Assembly: GCA_951406725.2 (NCBI GenBank)
Contig: OX597814.1
Location: forward strand, 39,494,001 to 39,558,000
DNA from: Octopus vulgaris
Taxonomy: Eukaryota
Length of the DNA stretch: 64,000 bases
Direction of reading: 5' to 3'
In this document: positions 52,436 to 64,000 of the stretch, one piece after another
How the letters are laid out: each line of letters opens with the position of its first letter
How positions within the stretch are numbered: the stretch's first letter is position 1
Notes under the pieces: model-generated
What the model was told of the DNA's origin: nothing
What the model saw: the letters and a program-made list of their open reading frames with translations, nothing else
Databases searched by the model: none
Translations under genes and position numbers: made by a program

Positions 52436-53957
52436 GTAAAAAATTATTTGCGGGTATGTGTATATAATTGCATCTCTTTCTGTTTGTGTCCACCACATGA
52501 CGTTAGGTGCTGGTTTGTTTACCTTCCTCTTACCTTGAGGTTCATCATAAAAGAAGATAAAATATGTACCAGAAAAAAATATCAGTACTGGGTGGGGTTT
52601 GGTAGAGTGAAACCTTTTTGGTGGCAACCAAGTATAGCTGCAGTCCAATCACTGACGGCACTAAGCAGTGATTAAGAAATACCAAAGACATTTAACCATG
52701 GCCAAATTCAAAGCCATAGCTTTAGATAAATAATAGTGAGTATCAGTGAATGTGTTGCGCTGCTGAACAGCATGATCGAGAACAAAATAGCATCAGCGCA
52801 AAGCCACGATTAGGAATAAATGAACTTGAACTTAGTTAAAATATGTCTTTCTCACACACACACACTCACACACACCCACACTCACACACACCCACACAAA
52901 CACACACACTCACACACACTCACACACACACATACACTGATAGATAAATAGCTAGACGTTTCTATACGAGTTCGAAGGTGTGAATTGCTTCCATTCAGTT
53001 TTGATCTATACATTTAGCGTATACCAAACACCAGCTAGAATATATTCAGTATCACAGTGTTTGAAGGGAGTGGAAAATGGGTACTGTATATATCACACGG
53101 GAATGATGTGCTGCGCTAGTTTGTACAGATAAGATGATTTGTTGAAATATTATTCTACATATGCAATGTAAATTTAGTAAGTAATTTATGTTTACGATAA
53201 TGTTATTTTCATTATTTAATTGCAGGTATGCAAGCATTCAACATTTAAGATAATAATGTAAGTATTACATAATTTAATAATTGGATTTATGTTTTATGCA
53301 AACTTCCTATTAATGTTAACCAACTTGTACATATATAAATGCACAAACATCACAAACACAACTGTATGTATATACATATATATCCACCAAAGTGTATATA
53401 AGTGCATAAATGCATGCGTATATGTATTAAACATGTTTGTTCATATTTAAAAATTTCTCATCGCAATAATGTTTTCAATTAATTTGTATGGCATGAAACC
53501 TTAAGTAAACATATAAAACAACTGATGCAAGACAATTGGTTTGAAGCAATCCTGCAGTCGAAAAATGTTCTGAATTTTGTTGGTGGGATTATACACCTAG
53601 AAAACTCATTGGTCAAAATCAGTGAGCGCGTGAATTAACACACACATTATATCATATATTATATTAACTTGTAATTAGCATCATGATTTGGTGACTTCCC
53701 CATACCCATCCTGCTTTTATAGACAGTTACTCTGTGCCTAATTTACTACTCCTAATGTCTTGACAATATTTATGACTATACCTAGCCATGAGCTGTCAAC
53801 TTGTGTAGGCAACTTCACGTGGGCATTGTCTGAAGATTGCGCTAAGGCAACAGAAATGTTAATAAGTACTGTCTGAGATGCTTTCATTGCATGAAACTAA
53901 TAGTGGCGCCTTAAAACACATATTATGCTTATTAGATGACATGTGTGTATGTGAATG

Positions 53958-54053
<96 letters not shown>

Positions 54054-54814
54054 CAGACAGACAGAGACAGAGAGACAGACAGAGAAAAGGAGACAGTGGA
54101 GGTGGAGAAAGTGAGAGAAAAGAAGAAAGTGTAAGAAAGAGAGTGAGAGAAAGAGACAGACAGACAGACAAACAAACAGAGGCACGAGGCCAATCCATCA
54201 CATACCGAAAAAGTAGACAATCGGATTTAGTAGATACAAAACGCATTCTTGCATAATTACTTCTTTAACTATCGAAGACATTTTGTATATGGGTTAGAGT
54301 ATAAGTGAATGTGTGCATCATAGCAGAAAAACTATTTTTATTCGTTCATATTTATTTATATGTTTTCATAATAGACCTCGAACACACTTATAATTACAAT
54401 CGCATGACAGGGATTGACACAAGAAAACATTAAAATATCATATTTCGTCAGTCATAATAACAAATCTATCTTCGTATTCCTATTACATATAGAAGTTTGT
54501 TTTACAAGAGACATTGAATCTGATTCATGTATGATATCTTTTAAAAAAAATATGTTGTCGTTTCGTATATATCTACTGGTTCAAAAAGATTTATAAAATA
54601 CTAATGGGAAGTTAAATGAATTATGAAGCAAATGCTGACGCATAATTTTCTGTGTAAAAGCAAAACAGTAAGAATACATCGTTATTATAAATTGGTAGCA
54701 CGTTTCATATATTACGCTATATTCATTACCGAAAGTTTTATAGTATTTACATTGAGACATTTCACTTTTCTTTTCGAATAAAGATACTATATTGTATGTC
54801 TGTCTATCTGTCTG

Positions 54815-55128
<314 letters not shown>

Positions 55129-55143
55129 GTAATTGGATGGGTT

Positions 55144-55303
55144 TGGCGATATGGTTCAGGTACCGTAAAAATATAGTAGCTATCATTCGGTCATGCAGTT
55201 CCTCTGCTTTTAATGCACGCCAGTGTTGAAATATATATTCATATTTCAATGAAATAACAAATCCTGGACACCAAAGTTGATATGCTACCGATCGACAAGC
55301 CGA
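55144..55303. repeat. 160-bp repeat of unknown class; direct copy at 58153-58312
   Basis: ACCGTAAAAATATAGTAGCTATCATTCGGTCATGCAGTTCCTCTG and GATATGCTACCGATCG.CAAGCCGA in both copies. Confidence 0.9.
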
Positions 55304-55719
55304 TTCCTCAATGAAGAAGTGCGACGGAATGAAACAAGAAATAATTACATGGAAACAATGAGAAGACACGTTTTATGGAAAGGAATATAAAGGCTTGTCC
55401 ATGTAACAAGTTAATATTAAGTGTTTACACTTTAGAAAAGCAATCGAAAAGCTATGTTTAGCGGAGTAGTAAGGTATTTGCTGAGACGCATACATCTTGT
55501 AAAACTATCTGATCTTCAATTTAGAAGGTCAGCGCAGTTCTTCGATCTGCTAAAGGCATGCGCTCTTTCAGGTATACATAGCATGCACTGTTTTGTTATT
55601 AGTGTACGGCCTGAATCTCTCTACGATGTCCCACTTAATGATATACAATATATTGCTGTCCTTCAGATTGCAAATATGTTGAGTGAGACCTGTATACTCT
55701 TACTCTTTTACTTTTTTAC

Positions 55720-56106
55720 TTGTTTCAGTCATTTGACTGCTGCCATGCTGGAGCACCGCCTTTAGTTGAGCAAATCGACCCCGGGACTTATTCTTTGTAA
55801 GCCCAGTACTTTTTCTATCGGTCTCTTTTGCCGAACCGCTAAGTGACAGGGACGTAAACACACCAGCATCGGTTGTCAAGCAATGCTAGGGGGACAAACA
55901 CAGACACACAAACATATACACTCACACTTATACATATATACATATATACGACAGGCTTCTTTCAGTTTCCGTCTACCAAATCCACTCACAAGGCATTGGT
56001 CGGCCCGGGGCTATAGCAGAAGACACTTGCCCAAGATGCCACGCAGTGGGACTGAACCCGGAACCATGTGGTTGGTTAGCAAGCTACTTACCACGCAGCC
56101 ACTCCT
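55720..56106 (-). mobile_element. tRNA-derived family-B SINE (CORE-like CTTGGGCAAGTGTCTT), best copy
   Basis: Minus-strand head AGGAGTGGCTGCGTGGTAAG, B-box GGTTCAGTCCC, internal microsatellite, tail GACTGAAACAAGTAAAAAG. Confidence 0.9.
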
Positions 56107-56712
56107 GGATCACTTGATTCGGTTAAGAAATGTTTATGATTTCTGAGACGTGCACAATAAGAAAGTGTTAAACGTATTACAATAAACAATTACACAGTGA
56201 CATATTAGACCATAACTGAAATTTGCTCCTCAAAGAGTCACCACTACAAATAATGCTTATTTCACGATTTTTGTAAGCGTGTTTATATGCTTAATTTACA
56301 TATCGGTTAAATTCGTGTAGAGAACTAGATATTGTTTGAATTTGGTTTGTAGAAGTAGCTTTAATAGTAGAAACTATTCGTTGTTTTTTCATTATTATTT
56401 AAAACATCAAGTTCAATAGTCCCGAAAATAGAATACGAAAAGGTTAACATTACCTGGTTATAAGCGTGAAAAAATTAAATTAGTTAATACTCTATTATTT
56501 ACTGAGACTGAAAAAATCAGTTAGGTCACTCAGTACTTATATTTTATCTATCATCCTCTCTCTCTCCCTACATATATATATATATATTTATTTATATATG
56601 TATGTATATATATGTATATATATGTATATATATATATATGTGTGTATATATATATATGTATATATATATGTGTGTGTGTATATATATATATATACGTGTG
56701 TGTGTGTGTCTA

Positions 56713-56779
<67 letters not shown>

Positions 56780-56893
56780 ATAGATAGAGGATAGATAGAT
56801 ATATTGGGGAAGATTCATTCAACTAAAATTCTTCAAGTCAGTGCTACATCAAGGCCACAGTAAAACGATTGTTATAGGTAAAATAATAAATAT

Positions 56894-56955
<62 letters not shown>

Positions 56956-57479
56956 TGTTGTATTATATTTGCTCTCTTGTTATCGAAGGGTTCCCTATCT
57001 TTTATAGAAACTTTATGAAGGATAGTATTGAATCGATAAGCATATTCAAGCTATTTGGCGTTGTTTTGTAATACTTGAGTGAAGAGCACCATAATTAATA
57101 TAATGGGCCAAATACATTGCCATTATCTAGAATTTCCATCTATTTTTTTTTCTTTTAAATAAGCGTAAATTGAAAATTCAAACTCTTAAAGTATGCCCAC
57201 TCCAAAAATTAGGAATGTCCCTGATCGATTTTATTGATCCCAGATTTTTACTGGTACTTCCTTTCGTTGTCTTTGGATATACAGCAAAACGACTTCAGCG
57301 TGATTCGAACACGAAAGGCCTTTATCTTTTCACCGACACTTCTTTGTATCTAACTTATGAAGCGATTTCTAACATGTCTAAATAGTCAGTATGTTTTCTA
57401 GTTTATATTTAAACAACCAGCTATATATATATATTTAAAAAAGGAGATGTGGAACACGAGTTGTGATATATAAAAAAAC

Positions 57480-57612
57480 GAAATGAAGAAAATGCTGACA
57501 AAATAATTTAAGTAAGGTGGAGTTACTTAATTAGGTGAAAGTTCTAGAACTTTCACCTAATTAAATACACTCTCCCTTACTTAAATTATTTTGTCAACAT
57601 TTTCTTCATTTC
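57480..57612. repeat. ~130-bp palindrome with a perfect 38-bp centre, next to (TA)n
   Basis: TTAATTAGGTGAAAGTTCTAGAACTTTCACCTAATTAA at 57527-57564; outer arms GAAATGAAGAAAATG and CATTTTCTTCATTTC. Confidence 0.9.
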
Positions 57613-57666
<54 letters not shown>

Positions 57667-58152
57667 TTTTCGAAGCGCCCAATAATTAGTGAATACATTT
57701 TTTTATTTGTTTGTTTAATGTAAAGTAAGTGCGTAGGGCAAATTGATGTTTTAGTGTGCAAATTACGAAAGAATAAAACGCAAAGTTGAATCAAGTGAGC
57801 TTTGAACTGACACCAGTTTGGGGGATGTAAACCGTCGAATGTATTGCCACCAGGCATTTACAAGGATTTCGTTTTGTAACTTAGAATAATAGTGTATTCA
57901 ATTAAACCGATACAGTAATTATCTTTAGCGATTTCAAAGATTCTACTTGACATTGATTTTTGTGTAGAACACAGTTATTCAATAAAGCAGAAAATAACAT
58001 TATGTAAAATGGCCATCGATCCTGGAGAGTGAACTGGGTTCATCAATAAAAACTAACATTCTACGGTTATTCAGTATCAGTTTTCCTAAACACTTTCGTA
58101 ATAGCTGAGTGCACTTGATCTCTCTTGTAAAACATTGGAAAACTTAAAGCTC

Positions 58153-58312
58153 TGACAATATGTTTCAGGGACCGTAAAAATATAGTAGCTATCATTCGGT
58201 CATGCAGTTCCTCTGTTTTTAATACAGGCCAATGTTGAAATATATGTTCATATTCCAATGAAATAACAAATCCTGGATACCAAAGTCGATATGCTACCGA
58301 TCGGCAAGCCGA
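58153..58312. repeat. Second copy of the 55144-55303 repeat
   Basis: Direct alignment by eye. Confidence 0.9.
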
Positions 58313-59515
58313 AAAAGTGCTTTGAACGCTGCAGTGCACTAAGTGCGTTTCACAAGGTAACCACTTAGAAGAATTACTATATTACACAATTGGCGAATAA
58401 TAATAATAATAATAATACATTAACTTCCTGAACTGCGGTCAATTCGTGTAGGGAAAGTTATCATGTTGTTTTGTTTTGTTCAGTTGCCGTTTCTTGCTGG
58501 TTCGTTCATATTGTACCGAACCCTATCAAGTGTATTGTATGGAAATTTCGGGTGGATGAAATTAGATAGTTGGAAGGCATTCGGATGCACATAAAAGATT
58601 GTGCATGATCCTGATAGGCTTAATGCATCGTTCGATTAAACATTATAACGTGTCTCTTGAATAACTTTAAGGCAACATGCGCAAACATTTTCACTAGGTT
58701 TGTGATCGGTATTAAAGTGTGGTCTTCTCGTTTGCCCTGCAATCCTCGATACGATGCAAAAAGTAATGGACCCTCTTCCACTTCATGAAATTTAGTTATT
58801 AAAAGGTTATCGGTTAACCTCTCCACAATCGAAATATATGTTGGTATACTGCTGCAAAAATTAACATTACCTATAAATCGTGTCGGTGCTACATAAAATA
58901 AATAATCACATTTCATTTGCTATTGAAAATTTCTCCTAGCCAAAACTTATTCAAAGGATCAAATAAAACAATAAAAAGATAAAAATTTGACACCGTTCAA
59001 GTGACGACTTGAAGGAACTGTTAGAGCGTATGACAAAATACTTTGTCTTATTTGTCCAATTCCTTTGCGCTCGAAGTTCAAATCTCACTGAATACGACTT
59101 TTCCTTATTTTACTAATTCGAGTTTGCCTTATTTTACAAATCAATATAATTACAAATCTATAGCGGTGGATTGTCGGAATTGTTAGCACATCAAGTGAAT
59201 TCTCAGCTGTATTTGTTCTTGCTCTTAGTACACTGAGTTTTAGGCTTGTAGACATAATCCTTTCCAGGTTGAATACCTTCATCCGTTTTTGGGACGTGTA
59301 TTTAGCGGAATTCACTCCGTGAAAAATATTTTCGTCAGGTAACCAGTTTGACTTCCCCTCTTCTTACAATCAGGCTAAGAGAACACCACCCACCGACAAT
59401 TAAAAGAGGTATTGACGTAGTTCTAACGTTGGTGAAATTGCATAACATATTTTAAATGTTAAAAGGCATTAAATAATTTATTCTTGATATCATTACGATA
59501 TCACTTGGTAAGTTA

Positions 59516-59998
59516 AGGCAGTGAGCCGCAAGAATGGTTAGCACGTCGGAGAAAATGCTTAACGGCATTTCTTAAGACTCTGTATGCCGACTCCTAATGC
59601 CACCATTCGCCATTTCACTGCCGATTAACATACAATGCCAGTTAAGGCGGTGAGCTGGCAGAAGCGTTAGCCCGCCGGACGAAATGCTTAGTGGTGTTCC
59701 ATCTGTCTCCATGTTCTGAGTTCAAATTCCACCGAGGTCGACTTTGCCTGTCATCGAGTCGATACAATCGACCTAACCCGTTTCTCTGTCCTTTTTTGTC
59801 CTCTCTGTGTTTAGCCCCTTGTGGGTAGTAAAGAAATAGGTATTTCGTCTGCTGCTACGTCAAATTCCGCCGAGGTCGACTTTGCCTTTCATATTTCGGG
59901 GTCGATAAATTAAGTACGAAACACGTACTGGGGTCGATCTAATCGAATGGCCCCCTCCTCCAAAATTTCGAGCCTTGTGCCTAGAGTAGAAAAGAATA
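59516..59998 (+). mobile_element. Family-A SINE head fragment followed by a long (two-core) family-A SINE
   Basis: Heads at ~59517 and ~59647; same GTAGTAAAGAAATAGGTATTTC junction as 13227-13625. Confidence 0.85.
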
Positions 59999-60276
59999 TA
60001 GATATTAGTTAGCCCCTTCCCCGAAAACTTCAAGCCTTGTACCTATTGTTGTTTTTTGAATCATTAAAATTATTTTGAAATAAAAATGTTTTATAGTAGT
60101 TCCATCTACATTTTACTTCGGCTGTCATGATTAGTTGTATTATTTCTGAATCTGCACGTAGTGACCGACTCGATTCAAATAGAGAATTATTTTTTAATGT
60201 GTAACAACTTTCTTTCAATTAGGCAAATGTTGTAAGTGAATAAACAAATACAATTTTCAAAATATATAATTTTACC

Positions 60277-60277
<1 letters not shown>

Positions 60278-60342
<65 letters not shown>

Positions 60343-60370
60343 ATACTACAACGACTACTACTACTACTAC

Positions 60371-60430
<60 letters not shown>
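60278..60430. repeat. (TAC)n microsatellite
   Basis: Direct reading. Confidence 0.95.
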
Positions 60431-62578
60431 CATAATTATTATTCTATCATTATTTTTGGTAGATGTAGAGTGAAGACTTTTACTCTAGAGTTGCGGTAAG
60501 ATTGTGACAATTCATGCTTGTGATCCACTTTCAATTTTCTTTCTTTATTTATTTAGTCATGGCTAACACTTGGCCACTCAAGAATGACTGTTTCTAATAC
60601 ATCTCTCAAAGAACGTTGGAAATGTTCCTGGAAAACCCAGCTTTACAATGTTATCTAAATTCTTGGTTACTTAAAACAATTCACTCAAAATCCTCTTCCT
60701 AAGTTAACTAAAATTAAGAGAGATTTCGTTACCTTCTTTTCGTTCTTTCAGCTATCATGTTTACAAAACCGAGCATAGTCTTCGACACTATAATGATTTT
60801 TAAATCTAGTGGATTGCATGACAAGCGAATTGTAACAGCCATATCTCCTCAAATCACAACTCTACTGTCTTTACAGTCAATAAAGTTTTCAATGATGTAA
60901 TCGGAGAGAAAGAAGATGCGATAGTTACTGTTGTAACACCTGTCATCACGTGTCTCTCTAATCCGAGCACCATAATCAACAGAAGAAAATCCAGAATTGT
61001 TTCTTGTTTTTTAGTATATCAGTAACATCTGTTATTTTAGGAGCTTGGTTAGAATAGTCAACATGCTATGTAAACATGACATTAGTGAACCGAAATACTT
61101 CCAGAGATATTGAATTTTACAAACAATATTGAATTTTCAAAGTAATATTGAATTTTCCTAATAATATTATATTTTCATTCTCTCAGACCAAGGTGAACGC
61201 TGTTGTTCTTAGATTAAAGATATTTAAAAGTCAGTTGAAAAAATCCATCCGAAAATAGTAATTTTTGTACAAGCCATTTGCAATATGCTAACTTATTTAA
61301 TTTAGAATGCTATTCTAAGCCAAAAACAAATTCCACTGTCTTTAACTTCTCAGAGTACCGACACTATTCAGTTTATCTAAGTCCATAAACTTTCGGATGT
61401 ATTTGTTTCTTAAAATTTCGCTCTCCTAAAATTCATTATTTTAACTGAATTAAACCAAATTTCTGACTTGTAGAAGAAACCTCGTGCTCTCACCGGTTTG
61501 TTTCGAGTATCCTTTAGTTTTTTTGGGGTTTTTTTTCGCTTGTGCCAGTTTATTTGGACGTGTGTAAATTATTAACATGTAAACAAAATCAATGTCTGAG
61601 GTAATAAGAGTCTAACACACTTTAATCTTATTCGATTTTCTTCCTTATTAATTACACTTAATTTAATTTTACTCATTCCGAATGCAAACTGTAGTTATTA
61701 TTCACATAAAAAGTTATAAATGACTCATCCAAAGAAAAGTATGTTTGTTCACGAGAACACATACACACAAACGCACAAGTAGTATATCTTTCTTTGGGAT
61801 ATATTCAACACTTAACGTTTGACTCTGGGCAATCATATATGTCTGGGTGTACACTCATGCGCTCTCATATAAGAGAGCAAGAACAAATAAAAGAAAGTAG
61901 TACTCAATACATGTATTTGAAGTTGGAAGTATTTCAATTTCAAGGTGGCTCAAAGCTGTTCTATTTACACATACCCACGGAAAAAAAAAAAGGATTTAAA
62001 CGAAATTTTGCAACGTATTTCCGATGTATATTTTGAAGTTCCAACAGTACGTTGAACTAACGTAGATATTTAGCTTCGAAGCGACAGTGATTCTTTCCTT
62101 GTATGTTCCACGTGGTAGAGCAGACACGACGTCATCGTCAGGTGGTCCGAGTCCTGTGCTGCTACCTTTCCAACGATGTTAGTTACGATGTATAGTGATA
62201 ACCGATTTGGTATATCGTTTTGCGTGTAGAGCATGACTACATAGTGTAAATATAGGCGGGTGATAGTATATCATTGCATTAGAACACAACAAAGGAAATA
62301 GTCTCTCTGCAATCGAGGATTTTGTACCCTAAAATTGAGCATGGGTTAGTAACAATATGGATTGAATTTTCGGGTTATCAGCAGGTAGAGTTAAAAGTTC
62401 ACTAACAGGGAATATCTTAATTTGCTGTACTGTTATACTTGTATATTTAACACCCTACTGTTGAAACACAGTAAAAAAAAAAACGATTCGGTTACACTTT
62501 TTAAAAGAAAAACATATACATATATAAAATAATACAAACATGGTAAGGTAAAATTAGCAGTTATCAAGTTACGTCGGT

Positions 62579-62579
<1 letters not shown>

Positions 62580-62652
<73 letters not shown>
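62580..62652. repeat. (AAT)n microsatellite
   Basis: Direct reading. Confidence 0.95.
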
Positions 62653-62653
<1 letters not shown>

Positions 62654-62671
62654 TACTCGTAATAATAATGA

Positions 62672-62885
62672 TTTCAAATATTTATATTAGGATTGAAAGT
62701 TTAGGAGGGGGCGTTATTCAATTACATCGATCCCTGATCTCAGCGGGTACTTATTTTATTGACCACGAGAGAGAAAAAAATATGCAGAGCTGACCTAGGC
62801 AGTATTTCATCTCAGAACTCAAAGCACCGAAAGAAATACTGATGCAAATTTTGTCCGACACACCAACGATTTTGCCATCTCAGTA
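62672..62885 (-). mobile_element. Highly degenerate family-A SINE
   Basis: ATTACATCGA...GGTACTTATTTTATTGACCACGA...CTCAGAAC...AACGATTTTGCCA. Confidence 0.6.
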
Positions 62886-63432
62886 CCTAAAGGATAAAAC
62901 TACGAAAATAATAATAAAGTTATATATGTGTGTATATATGTGTGTGAATGTATGTTTGTTTATGTGTGTGTACTGTACCCTGTAATTTGGTATTGAGATT
63001 TATTTTACTTAATATTGCATGTAAACTTGTATGTAAGTGTTTGTGTGTAAATATGTGCGTGCATGGTGTCTGTATGTATGTTCATATGTATGTATACTTG
63101 TATTCGTGTATTTATGTGTATTTAAGAGAGCAAGTGAAGGCGTAAGTGATAAGTGGGAAAATTTCATAATACAATCGTTTTAACTGAAATATATCAAGTA
63201 TGAATTTTAATGCTACTGTTGTATTGGAATATATTGTTAATAGTAAAAATCTAACAGAATGGTAATGATTGCAAGAAAAGAAGATTTGAATCTCACAATG
63301 AGGTCACTGCTTTCAATTCATCCACATAAGAACCATTCCGCGCACACAAGTGAACTCATATGAGTGGGTGCGTGTGTGTGTGTTTGCGTGTTCGTGTCTG
63401 TGTGTGTGAGTATATACATATATACTAATATA

Positions 63433-63671
63433 TATCACTTTGATCACCTTGACCGACCAGTCCGTCAGGCGTCCATTTGACACCGCTGGTCACAGCACGC
63501 TGTCCACTCCTCTCTGCATCGCGCCTTTCTCATCCACGTGAAATCGTAACACCACCGTCGTGGAGGTCTTCCGGGTGGTCCTTTCCGCTCACGCGGGTAC
63601 CACTCGAAATCTGCGTGAGTCGGGCATTATCGGTGATTATCGGTGAGCCGGGCGACGTGTCCAGCCCGTCT
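63433..63671 (-). mobile_element. 3' end of an RTE-clade LINE (5'-truncated)
   Basis: Minus-strand peptides AGHVARLTDN, EWYPRERKGPPGRPPRRWCYDF and WMRKARCREEWTACCDQRCQMDA*; short GGTGAT-type repeat tail. Confidence 0.85.
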
Positions 63672-63699
63672 ATACTTATATATATATATATATATATAC

Positions 63700-63766
<67 letters not shown>

Positions 63767-63768
<2 letters not shown>

Positions 63769-64000
63769 GGAGTAAACACATAAATGTGAAACAAGGTGGA
63801 AAAAAGAGTACTCAAATACCAGTGGTAGAGTAATATGCTTTATTTTAAGCAGCAGAAAATTCAACAAAATCTGTTACTCTGAGTTTCTCGTTGCCGTTCA
63901 TCAGACAGTTTTTGCTAGCAAAAACTGTCTGATGAACGGCAACGAGAAACTCAGAGTAACAGATTTTGTTGAATTTTCTGCTGCTTAAAATAAAGTATAT
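63767..64000 (-). mobile_element. Fold-back element in (TA)n with a perfect 158-bp palindrome; Penelope-like pseudo-LTR relic
   Basis: 63838-63916 is the exact reverse complement of 63917-63995; homologous to 19231-19454. Confidence 0.85.
63925..63962 (+). ncRNA. Minimal type I hammerhead ribozyme motif (identical copy on the minus strand at 63871-63908)
   Basis: CUGU-CUGAUGA-ACG GCAA CGA-GAAA-CUC A GAG-UA^ACAG. Stem I CUGU/ACAG, GNRA loop II, GUA triplet at 63956-63958, one A-A mismatch at the base of stem II. Confidence 0.78.

Noticed and set aside
53826-53865. CTGAAGA-TTGC GCTAAG GCAA-CA-GAAATGTTA hammerhead-like string
   Set aside because: Two extra nt before GAAA, no proper stem III and a weak stem I; compatible with chance.
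61107-61176. Four ~19-bp units AATATTGAATTTT, superficially CRISPR-like
   Set aside because: No unique spacers of proper length, eukaryotic context and no cas genes; a simple minisatellite.

Overview
AT-rich, microsatellite-saturated, non-genic eukaryotic DNA. The repeat families look like those of an octopus/cephalopod genome (inference from repeat content only). No intact host protein-coding gene is supported, and almost every ORF in the track is a translated microsatellite. The window holds decayed mobile elements: an IR/DR-type Tc1 (DD34E) element, three mariner relics plus a mariner-type MITE, two inverted non-autonomous Helitrons, R4/Dong-like and RTE LINE fragments, and four tRNA-derived SINE families, several with visible target-site duplications. 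The most notable hidden signal is a set of minimal type I hammerhead ribozyme motifs in at least four unrelated repeat families. They include a ~345-bp tandem dimer carrying one hammerhead per unit (retrozyme-like, 42.3-42.9 kb), a perfect 158-bp palindrome with a hammerhead on each strand (63.8-64.0 kb, with a decayed sister copy at 19.2 kb), and a ~450-bp fold-back with an intact core (34.2-34.7 kb). All structures were folded by eye and none has been tested.
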